Shown: positions 1-8,453 of the stretch, in pieces
How positions within the stretch are numbered: position 1 is the first letter of the stretch
Layout: each line of letters begins with the position of its first letter
Assembly (NCBI GenBank): GCA_964388715.1
Contig: CAYMBN010000003.1
Location: 106,322-126,321, forward strand
Length of the DNA: 20,000 nt
Direction: 5' to 3'
Origin: an uncultured Methanosarcinales archaeon
GTDB lineage: Archaea > Nanobdellota > Nanobdellia > Woesearchaeales > CAYMBN01
The notes under the pieces: generated by a model
What the model was told of the DNA's origin: nothing
Seen by the model: only the letters and a program-made list of their open reading frames with translations
Databases searched by the model: none
Translations under genes and position numbers: made by a program

Positions 1-604
1 AAAAGTTATTTGTGTGGTACTTAGAATAAATAAAGAAAAAGGACATATTGATGTTTCACTAAGACGAGTTTCTGAGTCACAAAAAAGAGCAAAGTCTGAA
101 GGTATGAAACAAACACAAAAAATTGAAAATATTATGAAGTATGTTGGGAAAAAACTTAATAAAGATCCTAAACAAATATTTGATGAGATAAGTGAAAAAA
201 TATTAGCTAAGTATGATGATATGAATTCATGTTTTCTTGATGTTGTTAATGATAAAGTTGAACTAGAATCTATTGGGATTACAATAGATGTTGCTAAATT
301 ACTTACAGAGATTATTAAACAGAGAGTTAAAGCTCCTGAAATTAATATAAAAATTGCAATTACATTATCAAGTTATCAACCAGATGGGGTTGAGATAATT
401 AAAAAAGCTTTGACTGAAGCTGAAAAGATTGAAAAAGATCATACTAATATTAAATATGCTGGAGCAGGAAAATTTTTTCTTAATATAACTGCTCCGGATT
501 ATAAAAAAGCTGAAAAGATTTTTGAAAAGATCAAGAAACAAATTACAGTGTTTATGGAAAAGAATAAAAGTGAATGTGAGTTTGAAAGAATAGAAGCAAA
601 ATGA
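1..604 (+). CDS. eif2a: Translation initiation factor 2 alpha subunit (aIF2-alpha), 5'-truncated by the window edge
   Basis: End of S1 domain (VLRINKEKGHIDVSLRRVS) and C-terminal motifs PDGVEIIKKAL, YAGAGKF, APDYKKAEK; directly upstream of nop10 as in the conserved archaeal operon. Confidence 0.93.
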   Translation, partial: KVICVVLRINKEKGHIDVSLRRVSESQKRAKSEGMKQTQKIENIMKYVGKKLNKDPKQIFDEISEKILAKYDDMNSCFLDVVNDKVELESIGITIDVAKLLTEIIKQRVKAPEINIKIAITLSSYQPDGVEIIKKALTEAEKIEKDHTNIKYAGAGKFFLNITAPDYKKAEKIFEKIKKQITVFMEKNKSECEFERIEAK

Positions 605-771
605 AGCATATTCTTAAATGTTCTAAGTGTGGTAAATATACTTTAAAGAAAATTTGTTGTGGTGTAAAAACAATAAGTCCAAAACCTGCTAAGTTTTCTC
701 CTGAAGATAAATATGGGAGTTATCGTCGGAGAGTTAAGAAAGATAAGTTGGTTGAGGAAGGGTTGTTGTAG
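601..771 (+). CDS. nop10: H/ACA RNP protein Nop10 (56 aa, absent from the ORF track)
   Basis: Manual translation MKHILKCSKCGKYTLKKICCGVKTISPKPAKFSPEDKYGSYRRRVKK...; has the YTLK and P.KFSPEDKYG.YRR signature; ATGA overlap with aIF2-alpha. Confidence 0.93.
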   Translation: MKHILKCSKCGKYTLKKICCGVKTISPKPAKFSPEDKYGSYRRRVKKDKLVEEGLL

Positions 772-796
772 ATCTTATTCTAGAATTTGTTTTTTT

Positions 797-832
797 AAAA
801 AAATAAAAAAAAGAAAGGAAAAAAATTTCCTT
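797..832 (-). terminator. Putative terminator of S-layer gene copy 1
   Basis: AAGGAAA-AAAA-TTTCCTT hairpin (815-832) followed on the minus strand by long T tracts, just after the stop codon. Confidence 0.65.
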
Positions 833-836
833 AGTT

Positions 837-3332
837 TTATTCAGCAGCAGCTTCTTCAGCAGCTGGTGCACTAATAGCGATGTCTGCATCGCTTGTAGTA
901 ACAACTTCTAGTTCAGCGCCTTTGAAGTTATCTGTATGGCTGTCGTATTCAGCAACAACTTTGGAAGCTCTTTGTGTGTCTTTTGCACCGTAACCAGCAA
1001 CAAGTAAAGCTACTTTGCCGCTTGTTTCGTCTTCCATTAACTTAATCTTAGCTTTTCCTGCTTCAAATCCAGCAGCACAATCTTCAGGATTGCCTAGCCA
1101 AACTGCAGCAACTGGGTTAGCACATGGACCACCAACTAAGATAACGTTGCTTTCTTTTTCTTTGCCTTCTAAGTCACTAGCTAACTTTACAGCTCCAACA
1201 TTGATTTTTATTAGTTCTTCACTTGTAACTGCTCCTTCTCCAGCAGATTCAGTTTGTTCAAATGCAACTGCTGTGTCAGATATATAGAAGTTACCATAGA
1301 CTTCGTCACCAGCATAGTCAATTACCAAGGTGTCTTGGTCTGGATCTGTGTCGTAGTTGATCTTTGTTGCTAAATCGGATTTTACATAAGAAATATATTC
1401 TTTTGTTGTACCGATTTCGTAACTTGTTAAAGTTGCTGATGTTCCTGAGAACAAAGTTGCAAAGCTGTTAACTTGTACTTTGTTACTTGCGTGTCCAAGT
1501 GTTACATTAATCCACTGTCCACTTCCTAGGGAACCATCTTTGTTTTCTTCTGCCATATACAATACCCATGTAGCAGGGTCTGTACCTGTTGTGTTAATAT
1601 GGCTTCTGTTTGCTGTGCTTTGTGGCATTGTTGTGTTTTCTACAGGTAGATAAATCATCATACCTTCTTCTGTAATCACTCTATCAAAGTATGTGTTTGT
1701 TCCTGGTGTAATGTTCATTTCTGCTAGTGTTTCATTAAGGTTAGCTAATGTTAATGTTGCGCTTCCAATTGTAAATGATCCAGCTTTTTTGTTTTCCCAT
1801 TTGGTTCCTGTAACAAGGTCTTTGAATGTTGCACCATCTGTGTCATCTATTTTGGTTACTTCAACAAGATATGTTTCTCCTGTGTTTGAACCATCATAGT
1901 AGGTTACAGGTAATGCTTCATAACTTTCATTCCAAGTAACTCTTCCACCATCTAAACTTGTTAACAATCTTTCGTCGGTATGGTCATCTCCACCTAATGT
2001 GTCGAATCCGCTTGTACCGTTGCTACCAAGTAGCTTGATTGTTGCTTCACCAGATTTAATTGGAACTGTTAGTTGTAGTTCTTCGTTTCCACTGTTTTCA
2101 ACTGTTATTATTTCTGAACCTGGTCTTGTTAAACCTTCGTATGAAAGTTTAAATCCACCTAGTCCAGGGAATTCTGCACTGGACTCTTCTGTGATGAATA
2201 AATCTTCATCAGGTGTCCATGTTAGTCTTATGTATGCCATCTCTGTGTTAGATGATCCACTTACTGTTGCGTTAATGTCGCATGTAATTGAATCAACATC
2301 TTCTCCACCAAGTTCTATTTTATCTTTGTGTTCAATGGTAACTTTTTCAGCACCAATGTAGAACTCAACTTTGTCAACTTCTCCTGCTAAGTTTTGGATT
2401 AAGATTTCCTTAACACCAATTTCGGTTCCATCTGTTAATTTGTCAGTGTTACCTTCTGTAATAGCGTCGGTTACTTCGCCATCAACAATGAACTTAGCTT
2501 CTGGAGTTGTACCACCTAGATAGGATACTTTAACTTTGTATTCTTTTTCGTTTACTGTGAAGGTTTTTTCTTCTCCTTCTTCCATTATTGTGCTTAGTGC
2601 TCCACCCATTAATTGTAGTTTATCAACGTTTGCTTTACCATTACCGCTTGCGTCTGCGTCTACGATGTCATATGTTTTACCAAGCATTTCAATCTTGGTA
2701 TTTTTGAAATATGTTACATCTGTAGCACTTGCTGTTGCGTTTGCACTAATAGCACTTTTTGTAAAATCAAGTGTATAGTTTAGCAAAGCACTGTTTCTAG
2801 CTACTCTGAAACCCATTGTAGGTTCTTTATCGTCGTAGTCAGAATCAGCAAACATATCTAATGCTCTACCTGGGTAGAATACGATCTTTTGTTCGTATCC
2901 ATAGTCATTGCTTTGTGTGTTGGTGTATGTACCGTCTGCTAATGCAGTTGGTAAGTCATCACCATCAATTGCAACAACTGACACGTTTGTTATAGCATCT
3001 CCAACATTTAATTTGTTAGATGTTTGCTCTACTTTGTGTGATTCACCGCCACTTGCTACAACAGCAGAACTTGTTGTTCCTGTTGAGACAACTGTGGATT
3101 TTTTCATTGCATATTGCAGACTCATTGCAATGTCTGTAATACCAATTACATCTTCTGCAGCTGCTTTGTCGCCAACGACCATTAAAGCGTCAAACTTCAT
3201 GTCGTCTGTAATAAATGGCGCTGGATAGTTTGCTAGGTCTGCGGCAGCTAAAGCTCCCATCATTGTAGCACCTACCATAAAAGCTCCTGCACCCAGTGCA
3301 ACCACTTTTTTTATTGCTTTTTTTACATCCAT
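837..3332 (-). CDS. S-layer protein, copy 1 (Methanococcus/Thermococcus-type S-layer N/C domains)
   Basis: Signal peptide MDVKKAIKKVVALGAG...ALAA; motifs DLANYPAPF, VVGDKAAAEDVIG, NVILVGGPCANP, LLVAGY..KDT; acidic, Thr-rich, many N-x-S/T sequons; SD GGAGGTG at 3341-3347. Confidence 0.88.
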   Translation of the reverse strand: MDVKKAIKKVVALGAGAFMVGATMMGALAAADLANYPAPFITDDMKFDALMVVGDKAAAEDVIGITDIAMSLQYAMKKSTVVSTGTTSSAVVASGGESHKVEQTSNKLNVGDAITNVSVVAIDGDDLPTALADGTYTNTQSNDYGYEQKIVFYPGRALDMFADSDYDDKEPTMGFRVARNSALLNYTLDFTKSAISANATASATDVTYFKNTKIEMLGKTYDIVDADASGNGKANVDKLQLMGGALSTIMEEGEEKTFTVNEKEYKVKVSYLGGTTPEAKFIVDGEVTDAITEGNTDKLTDGTEIGVKEILIQNLAGEVDKVEFYIGAEKVTIEHKDKIELGGEDVDSITCDINATVSGSSNTEMAYIRLTWTPDEDLFITEESSAEFPGLGGFKLSYEGLTRPGSEIITVENSGNEELQLTVPIKSGEATIKLLGSNGTSGFDTLGGDDHTDERLLTSLDGGRVTWNESYEALPVTYYDGSNTGETYLVEVTKIDDTDGATFKDLVTGTKWENKKAGSFTIGSATLTLANLNETLAEMNITPGTNTYFDRVITEEGMMIYLPVENTTMPQSTANRSHINTTGTDPATWVLYMAEENKDGSLGSGQWINVTLGHASNKVQVNSFATLFSGTSATLTSYEIGTTKEYISYVKSDLATKINYDTDPDQDTLVIDYAGDEVYGNFYISDTAVAFEQTESAGEGAVTSEELIKINVGAVKLASDLEGKEKESNVILVGGPCANPVAAVWLGNPEDCAAGFEAGKAKIKLMEDETSGKVALLVAGYGAKDTQRASKVVAEYDSHTDNFKGAELEVVTTSDADIAISAPAAEEAAAE

Positions 3333-3506
3333 TATCTAAACACCTCCGTGTTTATGTTTTGTGTGGGCTTATCTTAATTTTTTATTGCAGTTATAACCGC
3401 AATAAGATTGACCTTGATTGTGAAGGCCTCATTTTTTTTGAGTATGTGTTTCCTCTATTTTTTAGACTTGTCACTCTAGTTACTTACATTAAAAAGAAGG
3501 AAATTG

Positions 3507-3520
3507 TTTTATAAAAGTTT
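3507..3520 (-). promoter_or_regulatory. Putative BRE/TATA promoter of S-layer copy 1 (copy 2 at 6445-6458)
   Basis: AAACTTTTATAAAA on the minus strand, ~175 bp upstream of the ATG; implies a ~150-nt 5' UTR. Confidence 0.5.
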
Positions 3521-3734
3521 AGTAAATTAGGGTGTTTTTATTGGTAAAATAATGCTGATTTTGGTTGTAGTGGGTGAATTTAATGGAATTAGGGCGTTAT
3601 CATTTTAGAGTAGAGAAGTGTGTTTTTTGGGTGTTTTTTGACCCCTGAAAAATGGTGGTAGAAGGGCTGTAGTGTCTGGATTTGATGGGTAGAAATCATA
3701 TTAGTGTGTGATATTATAAGATAATGTTTTTTTT

Positions 3735-3770
3735 AAAAAAATAAAAAAAAGAAAGGAAAAAAATTTCCTT
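3735..3770 (-). terminator. Putative terminator of S-layer gene copy 2
   Basis: Same hairpin plus T tract as 797-832. Confidence 0.65.
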
Positions 3771-3774
3771 AGTT

Positions 3775-6270
3775 TTATTCAGCAGCAGCTTCTTCAGCAG
3801 CTGGTGCACTAATAGCGATGTCTGCATCGCTTGTAGTAACAACTTCTAGTTCAGCGCCTTTGAAGTTATCTGTATGGCTGTCGTATTCAGCAACAACTTT
3901 GGAAGCTCTTTGTGTGTCTTTTGCACCGTAACCAGCAACAAGTAAAGCTACTTTGCCGCTTGTTTCGTCTTCCATTAACTTAATCTTAGCTTTTCCTGCT
4001 TCAAATCCAGCAGCACAATCTTCAGGATTGCCTAGCCAAACTGCAGCAACTGGGTTAGCACATGGACCACCAACTAAGATAACGTTGCTTTCTTTTTCTT
4101 TGCCTTCTAAGTCACTAGCTAACTTTACAGCTCCAACATTGATTTTTATTAGTTCTTCACTTGTAACTGCTCCTTCTCCAGCAGATTCAGTTTGTTCAAA
4201 TGCAACTGCTGTGTCAGATATATAGAAGTTACCATAGACTTCGTCACCAGCATAGTCAATTACCAAGGTGTCTTGGTCTGGATCTGTGTCGTAGTTGATC
4301 TTTGTTGCTAAATCGGATTTTACATAAGAAATATATTCTTTTGTTGTACCGATTTCGTAACTTGTTAAAGTTGCTGATGTTCCTGAGAACAAAGTTGCAA
4401 AGCTGTTAACTTGTACTTTGTTACTTGCGTGTCCAAGTGTTACATTAATCCACTGTCCACTTCCTAGGGAACCATCTTTGTTTTCTTCTGCCATATACAA
4501 TACCCATGTAGCAGGGTCTGTACCTGTTGTGTTAATATGGCTTCTGTTTGCTGTGCTTTGTGGCATTGTTGTGTTTTCTACAGGTAGATAAATCATCATA
4601 CCTTCTTCTGTAATCACTCTATCAAAGTATGTGTTTGTTCCTGGTGTAATGTTCATTTCTGCTAGTGTTTCATTAAGGTTAGCTAATGTTAATGTTGCGC
4701 TTCCAATTGTAAATGATCCAGCTTTTTTGTTTTCCCATTTGGTTCCTGTAACAAGGTCTTTGAATGTTGCACCATCTGTGTCATCTATTTTGGTTACTTC
4801 AACAAGATATGTTTCTCCTGTGTTTGAACCATCATAGTAGGTTACAGGTAATGCTTCATAACTTTCATTCCAAGTAACTCTTCCACCATCTAAACTTGTT
4901 AACAATCTTTCGTCGGTATGGTCATCTCCACCTAATGTGTCGAATCCGCTTGTACCGTTGCTACCAAGTAGCTTGATTGTTGCTTCACCAGATTTAATTG
5001 GAACTGTTAGTTGTAGTTCTTCGTTTCCACTGTTTTCAACTGTTATTATTTCTGAACCTGGTCTTGTTAAACCTTCGTATGAAAGTTTAAATCCACCTAG
5101 TCCAGGGAATTCTGCACTGGACTCTTCTGTGATGAATAAATCTTCATCAGGTGTCCATGTTAGTCTTATGTATGCCATCTCTGTGTTAGATGATCCACTT
5201 ACTGTTGCGTTAATGTCGCATGTAATTGAATCAACATCTTCTCCACCAAGTTCTATTTTATCTTTGTGTTCAATGGTAACTTTTTCAGCACCAATGTAGA
5301 ACTCAACTTTGTCAACTTCTCCTGCTAAGTTTTGGATTAAGATTTCCTTAACACCAATTTCGGTTCCATCTGTTAATTTGTCAGTGTTACCTTCTGTAAT
5401 AGCGTCGGTTACTTCGCCATCAACAATGAACTTAGCTTCTGGAGTTGTACCACCTAGATAGGATACTTTAACTTTGTATTCTTTTTCGTTTACTGTGAAG
5501 GTTTTTTCTTCTCCTTCTTCCATTATTGTGCTTAGTGCTCCACCCATTAATTGTAGTTTATCAACGTTTGCTTTACCATTACCGCTTGCGTCTGCGTCTA
5601 CGATGTCATATGTTTTACCAAGCATTTCAATCTTGGTATTTTTGAAATATGTTACATCTGTAGCACTTGCTGTTGCGTTTGCACTAATAGCACTTTTTGT
5701 AAAATCAAGTGTATAGTTTAGCAAAGCACTGTTTCTAGCTACTCTGAAACCCATTGTAGGTTCTTTATCGTCGTAGTCAGAATCAGCAAACATATCTAAT
5801 GCTCTACCTGGGTAGAATACGATCTTTTGTTCGTATCCATAGTCATTGCTTTGTGTGTTGGTGTATGTACCGTCTGCTAATGCAGTTGGTAAGTCATCAC
5901 CATCAATTGCAACAACTGACACGTTTGTTATAGCATCTCCAACATTTAATTTGTTAGATGTTTGCTCTACTTTGTGTGATTCACCGCCACTTGCTACAAC
6001 AGCAGAACTTGTTGTTCCTGTTGAGACAACTGTGGATTTTTTCATTGCATATTGCAGACTCATTGCAATGTCTGTAATACCAATTACATCTTCTGCAGCT
6101 GCTTTGTCGCCAACGACCATTAAAGCGTCAAACTTCATGTCGTCTGTAATAAATGGCGCTGGATAGTTTGCTAGGTCTGCGGCAGCTAAAGCTCCCATCA
6201 TTGTAGCACCTACCATAAAAGCTCCTGCACCCAGTGCAACCACTTTTTTTATTGCTTTTTTTACATCCAT
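3775..6270 (-). CDS. S-layer protein, copy 2 (protein identical to copy 1)
   Basis: Same 831-aa translation as 837-3332. Confidence 0.88.
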   Translation of the reverse strand: MDVKKAIKKVVALGAGAFMVGATMMGALAAADLANYPAPFITDDMKFDALMVVGDKAAAEDVIGITDIAMSLQYAMKKSTVVSTGTTSSAVVASGGESHKVEQTSNKLNVGDAITNVSVVAIDGDDLPTALADGTYTNTQSNDYGYEQKIVFYPGRALDMFADSDYDDKEPTMGFRVARNSALLNYTLDFTKSAISANATASATDVTYFKNTKIEMLGKTYDIVDADASGNGKANVDKLQLMGGALSTIMEEGEEKTFTVNEKEYKVKVSYLGGTTPEAKFIVDGEVTDAITEGNTDKLTDGTEIGVKEILIQNLAGEVDKVEFYIGAEKVTIEHKDKIELGGEDVDSITCDINATVSGSSNTEMAYIRLTWTPDEDLFITEESSAEFPGLGGFKLSYEGLTRPGSEIITVENSGNEELQLTVPIKSGEATIKLLGSNGTSGFDTLGGDDHTDERLLTSLDGGRVTWNESYEALPVTYYDGSNTGETYLVEVTKIDDTDGATFKDLVTGTKWENKKAGSFTIGSATLTLANLNETLAEMNITPGTNTYFDRVITEEGMMIYLPVENTTMPQSTANRSHINTTGTDPATWVLYMAEENKDGSLGSGQWINVTLGHASNKVQVNSFATLFSGTSATLTSYEIGTTKEYISYVKSDLATKINYDTDPDQDTLVIDYAGDEVYGNFYISDTAVAFEQTESAGEGAVTSEELIKINVGAVKLASDLEGKEKESNVILVGGPCANPVAAVWLGNPEDCAAGFEAGKAKIKLMEDETSGKVALLVAGYGAKDTQRASKVVAEYDSHTDNFKGAELEVVTTSDADIAISAPAAEEAAAE

Positions 6271-6712
6271 TATCTAAACACCTCCGTGTTTATGTTTTGT
6301 GTGGGCTTATCTTAATTTTTTATTGCAGTTATAACCGCAATAAGATTGACCTTGATTGTGAAGGCCTCATTTTTTTTGAGTATGTGTTTCCTCTATTTTT
6401 TAGACTTGTCACTCTAGTTACTTACATTAAAAAGAAGGAAATTGTTTTATAAAAGTTTAGTAAATTAGGGTGTTTTTATTGGTAAAATAATGCTGATTTT
6501 GGTTGTAGTGGGTGAATTTAATGGAATTAGGGCGTTATCATTTTAGAGTAGAGAAGTGTGTTTTTTGGGTGTATTTTGACCCCTGAAAAATGATGGTAGA
6601 AGGGCTGTAGTGTCTGGATTTGATGGGTAGAGTGATAGGCAGGATATGATAAAGTAATATGTTAATTTTTAGTAAAAATAGTGTTTGAAATGCTCACGGA
6701 ACGATAATTGAG

Positions 6713-6738
6713 AAGAATATGATGCGGAATGCAGGGTT
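6713..6738 (-). repeat. 26-bp direct repeat of the tRNA-Leu 3' end and trailer (att-like)
   Basis: AAGAATATGATGCGGAATGCAGGGTT at 6713-6738 and 6848-6873. Confidence 0.9.
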
Positions 6739-6857
6739 ATGAAGCTACGCAAACCTTTTTGTTGCCTCGCTCTACTCGGCAAAAAAATGTTTGATCGAAA
6801 TGCATTTAAGTTGGACATTTTGCTACGCAAAAGTCCAACGAACTACTAAGAATATGA

Positions 6858-6979
6858 TGCGGAATGCAGGGTTCGAACCTGCGTAGGCACTAAGCCAATA
6901 GGTGTCTTCAAATCTTGTGATAATGCTTTGCACATGAGATGCCTAAGCCTATCCCGTTTGACCACTCCGGCAACTCCGC
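6858..6979 (-). tRNA. tRNA-Leu(TAG) with a 38-nt intron at 37/38 (6904-6941)
   Basis: Minus strand: acceptor GCGGAGT/ATTCCGC+A, D-arm CCG..GAGTGGTCAAA..CGG, anticodon stem ATAGG/CCTAT, loop CT-TAG-G|A, long variable arm GGC-TTAGT-GCC, T-arm GCAGG-TTCGAAC-CCTGC; 84 nt mature, CCA not encoded. Confidence 0.93.
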
Positions 6980-7029
6980 ATAATAGGTATTAAAGAAAGA
7001 GATTATTTAAAAAATTATCTATTTGGTAA

Positions 7030-7197
7030 TTATTTTTTAGTCTGCCACTTGTATGTTCTTACTTTAGAAGTTTTACCATAACCACAACTTGCACATTTCT
7101 TTTTTCTTTTGTGGTATGTGTGTCGACCACAACGTCTACAAATTATATGGGTTTTTTTACCAGATTTTTTACCCATAGATGCTGTTCCTTTTGCCAT
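7030..7197 (-). CDS. rpl37e: 50S ribosomal protein L37e (55 aa, absent from the ORF track)
   Basis: Manual translation [55 protein letters not shown]; follows Sm as in the conserved archaeal Sm-L37e pair. Confidence 0.96.
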   Translation of the reverse strand: MAKGTASMGKKSGKKTHIICRRCGRHTYHKRKKKCASCGYGKTSKVRTYKWQTKK

Positions 7198-7208
7198 TTT
7201 GGTTCACT

Positions 7209-7433
7209 TTATGCTGGAGAAATTAGGATTATTGTGTCTCCTCTGATAAATACTGTGCCTAATTTTCTTTTTGTTTCACCGTCAACTTTTTCTTCTGCAT
7301 CATCGAGAACAACATTGATATGTATATCAAATGCTTTTAAGTTTCCAATGAATTGTTTGTGGTTCTTAAGTTCTACAATAACTCTCTTATTTCTTGCATT
7401 GTTTAATGCGTCTAATGGTCTTGATGTTTCCAT
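7209..7433 (-). CDS. Sm-like archaeal protein (SmAP1/Lsm)
   Basis: RPLDALN..., GNLKAFDIHINVVLDDAEE, LGTVFIRGDTIILISP; start moved to METSRP (7433), which follows SD GAGGGGT. Confidence 0.95.
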   Translation of the reverse strand: METSRPLDALNNARNKRVIVELKNHKQFIGNLKAFDIHINVVLDDAEEKVDGETKRKLGTVFIRGDTIILISPA

Positions 7434-7540
7434 TTTGTAAACCCCTCGTATAATATCTTTGAAAAGTCTGAGGATATATTTAAATGTTACTATATAAAAA
7501 CAAAACATATTTAAATAACTGATTATCTTTAGAGGATAAA

Positions 7541-7918
7541 ATGGTCATTATACAACACAAGTCTAAAAGAAGTCAGACAGGTGCTAGATATAAAGCTTAC
7601 AGAAAAAAGAAAAAGTATGACATGGGTAGACTTCCTTCTCGTACTAAATTAGCTGAAAGAAAAGCTAAAAATGTAAGAACATTAGGTAAAAATAAAAAAG
7701 TTAAATTATTGTCAACACTTATTGCTAATCTTGCAGATCCTAAAACAAAAAAGATTGAAAAGGTTAAAATCAAGAATGTTATTGAGAATGTTGCAAACAG
7801 ACATTTTGTTAGACGAAACATTGTGACAAAAGGTGCGATTGTTGAAACTGAAAAAGGCAAAGCAAGAGTAACTTCTCGACCAGGACAAGATGGAACTGTG
7901 AATGCTGTTTTGATTTAA
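7541..7918 (+). CDS. rps8e: 30S ribosomal protein S8e
   Basis: SKRSQTGAR, RRNIVTKGAIVET, ARVTSRPGQDGTVNAVL. Confidence 0.97.
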   Translation: MVIIQHKSKRSQTGARYKAYRKKKKYDMGRLPSRTKLAERKAKNVRTLGKNKKVKLLSTLIANLADPKTKKIEKVKIKNVIENVANRHFVRRNIVTKGAIVETEKGKARVTSRPGQDGTVNAVLI

Positions 7919-7987
7919 TTCTTAGTTACTTGTTAGTGGTTAAATAATAGAAAGATTTATAAATGGGTGATTTGTTTTGTAATTTGT

Positions 7988-8452
7988 ATGATACGTAAGA
8001 ATCCGCTTCCAAGACATATGAAGAAAATACCTGGTGGGATTATAGTTCCTTTAACAGGACCACCTGGAGAAAGAACACCAGATCGTGCTGTTGTGGTTAT
8101 TGTTTCTAAATTAAATGAGTATTATAGTGTAAATACAAATACTCTTGGAGAATTAGTGAGATTTGAAAGAGGAGAAAGAATTACCCATGGATCTAGGAAA
8201 AAAAAAGAAACATGGAAAAATTATGTTAAATATGTGGAAGATAATACTTTATATGCAAGAGTGAATATTCAACATCTTGAAAGTGAAGATGATTTTTCTT
8301 ACAATATGAGTGGAACTCAACATGAATTTGCAGTATATTTTAATGTTTGTGGAAGAAATAAATCTGAAAAAGATAGGTTAAGTTGGCAAGAAGCAGAGGA
8401 TTATCTTTTATATCTTGAAGCAAAAACTGCTCAACGTTTAGGTCTTTATTAA
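7988..8452 (+). CDS. Hypothetical protein, apparently co-transcribed with the PolB-like gene
   Basis: Open frame; TATA-like AAAGATTTATAAAT at 7951-7964 favours a leaderless ATG at 7988 (track start 7967 GTG); stop is 1 bp before the next ATG. Confidence 0.65.
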   Translation: MIRKNPLPRHMKKIPGGIIVPLTGPPGERTPDRAVVVIVSKLNEYYSVNTNTLGELVRFERGERITHGSRKKKETWKNYVKYVEDNTLYARVNIQHLESEDDFSYNMSGTQHEFAVYFNVCGRNKSEKDRLSWQEAEDYLLYLEAKTAQRLGLY

Positions 8453-8453
8453 A

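Larger units (their letters stand above)
789..3693. repeat. Tandem duplication unit 1 (S-layer gene, upstream region, terminator)
   Basis: Matches 3726-6631 at an offset of 2938 bp; identical ORF translations. Confidence 0.97.
3726..6631. repeat. Tandem duplication unit 2
   Basis: Near-identical to 789-3693; differences noticed only at the edges (T7 vs T8 tract; T3635/A6573; G3655/A6593). Confidence 0.97.

Noticed and set aside
1015..6452. Plus-strand ORFs (68-120 aa) inside and beside both S-layer copies
   Set aside because: Antisense shadows of a codon-biased gene or overlapping its UTR; no recognisable motifs
6713..6873. CRISPR array
   Set aside because: Only two repeats, tRNA-derived, 109-bp spacer, no cas genes
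7111..7440. 109-aa plus-strand ORF; also the 7508 start for Sm
   Set aside because: Antisense to Sm and L37e; the Sm extension runs through the promoter region and the SD supports 7433
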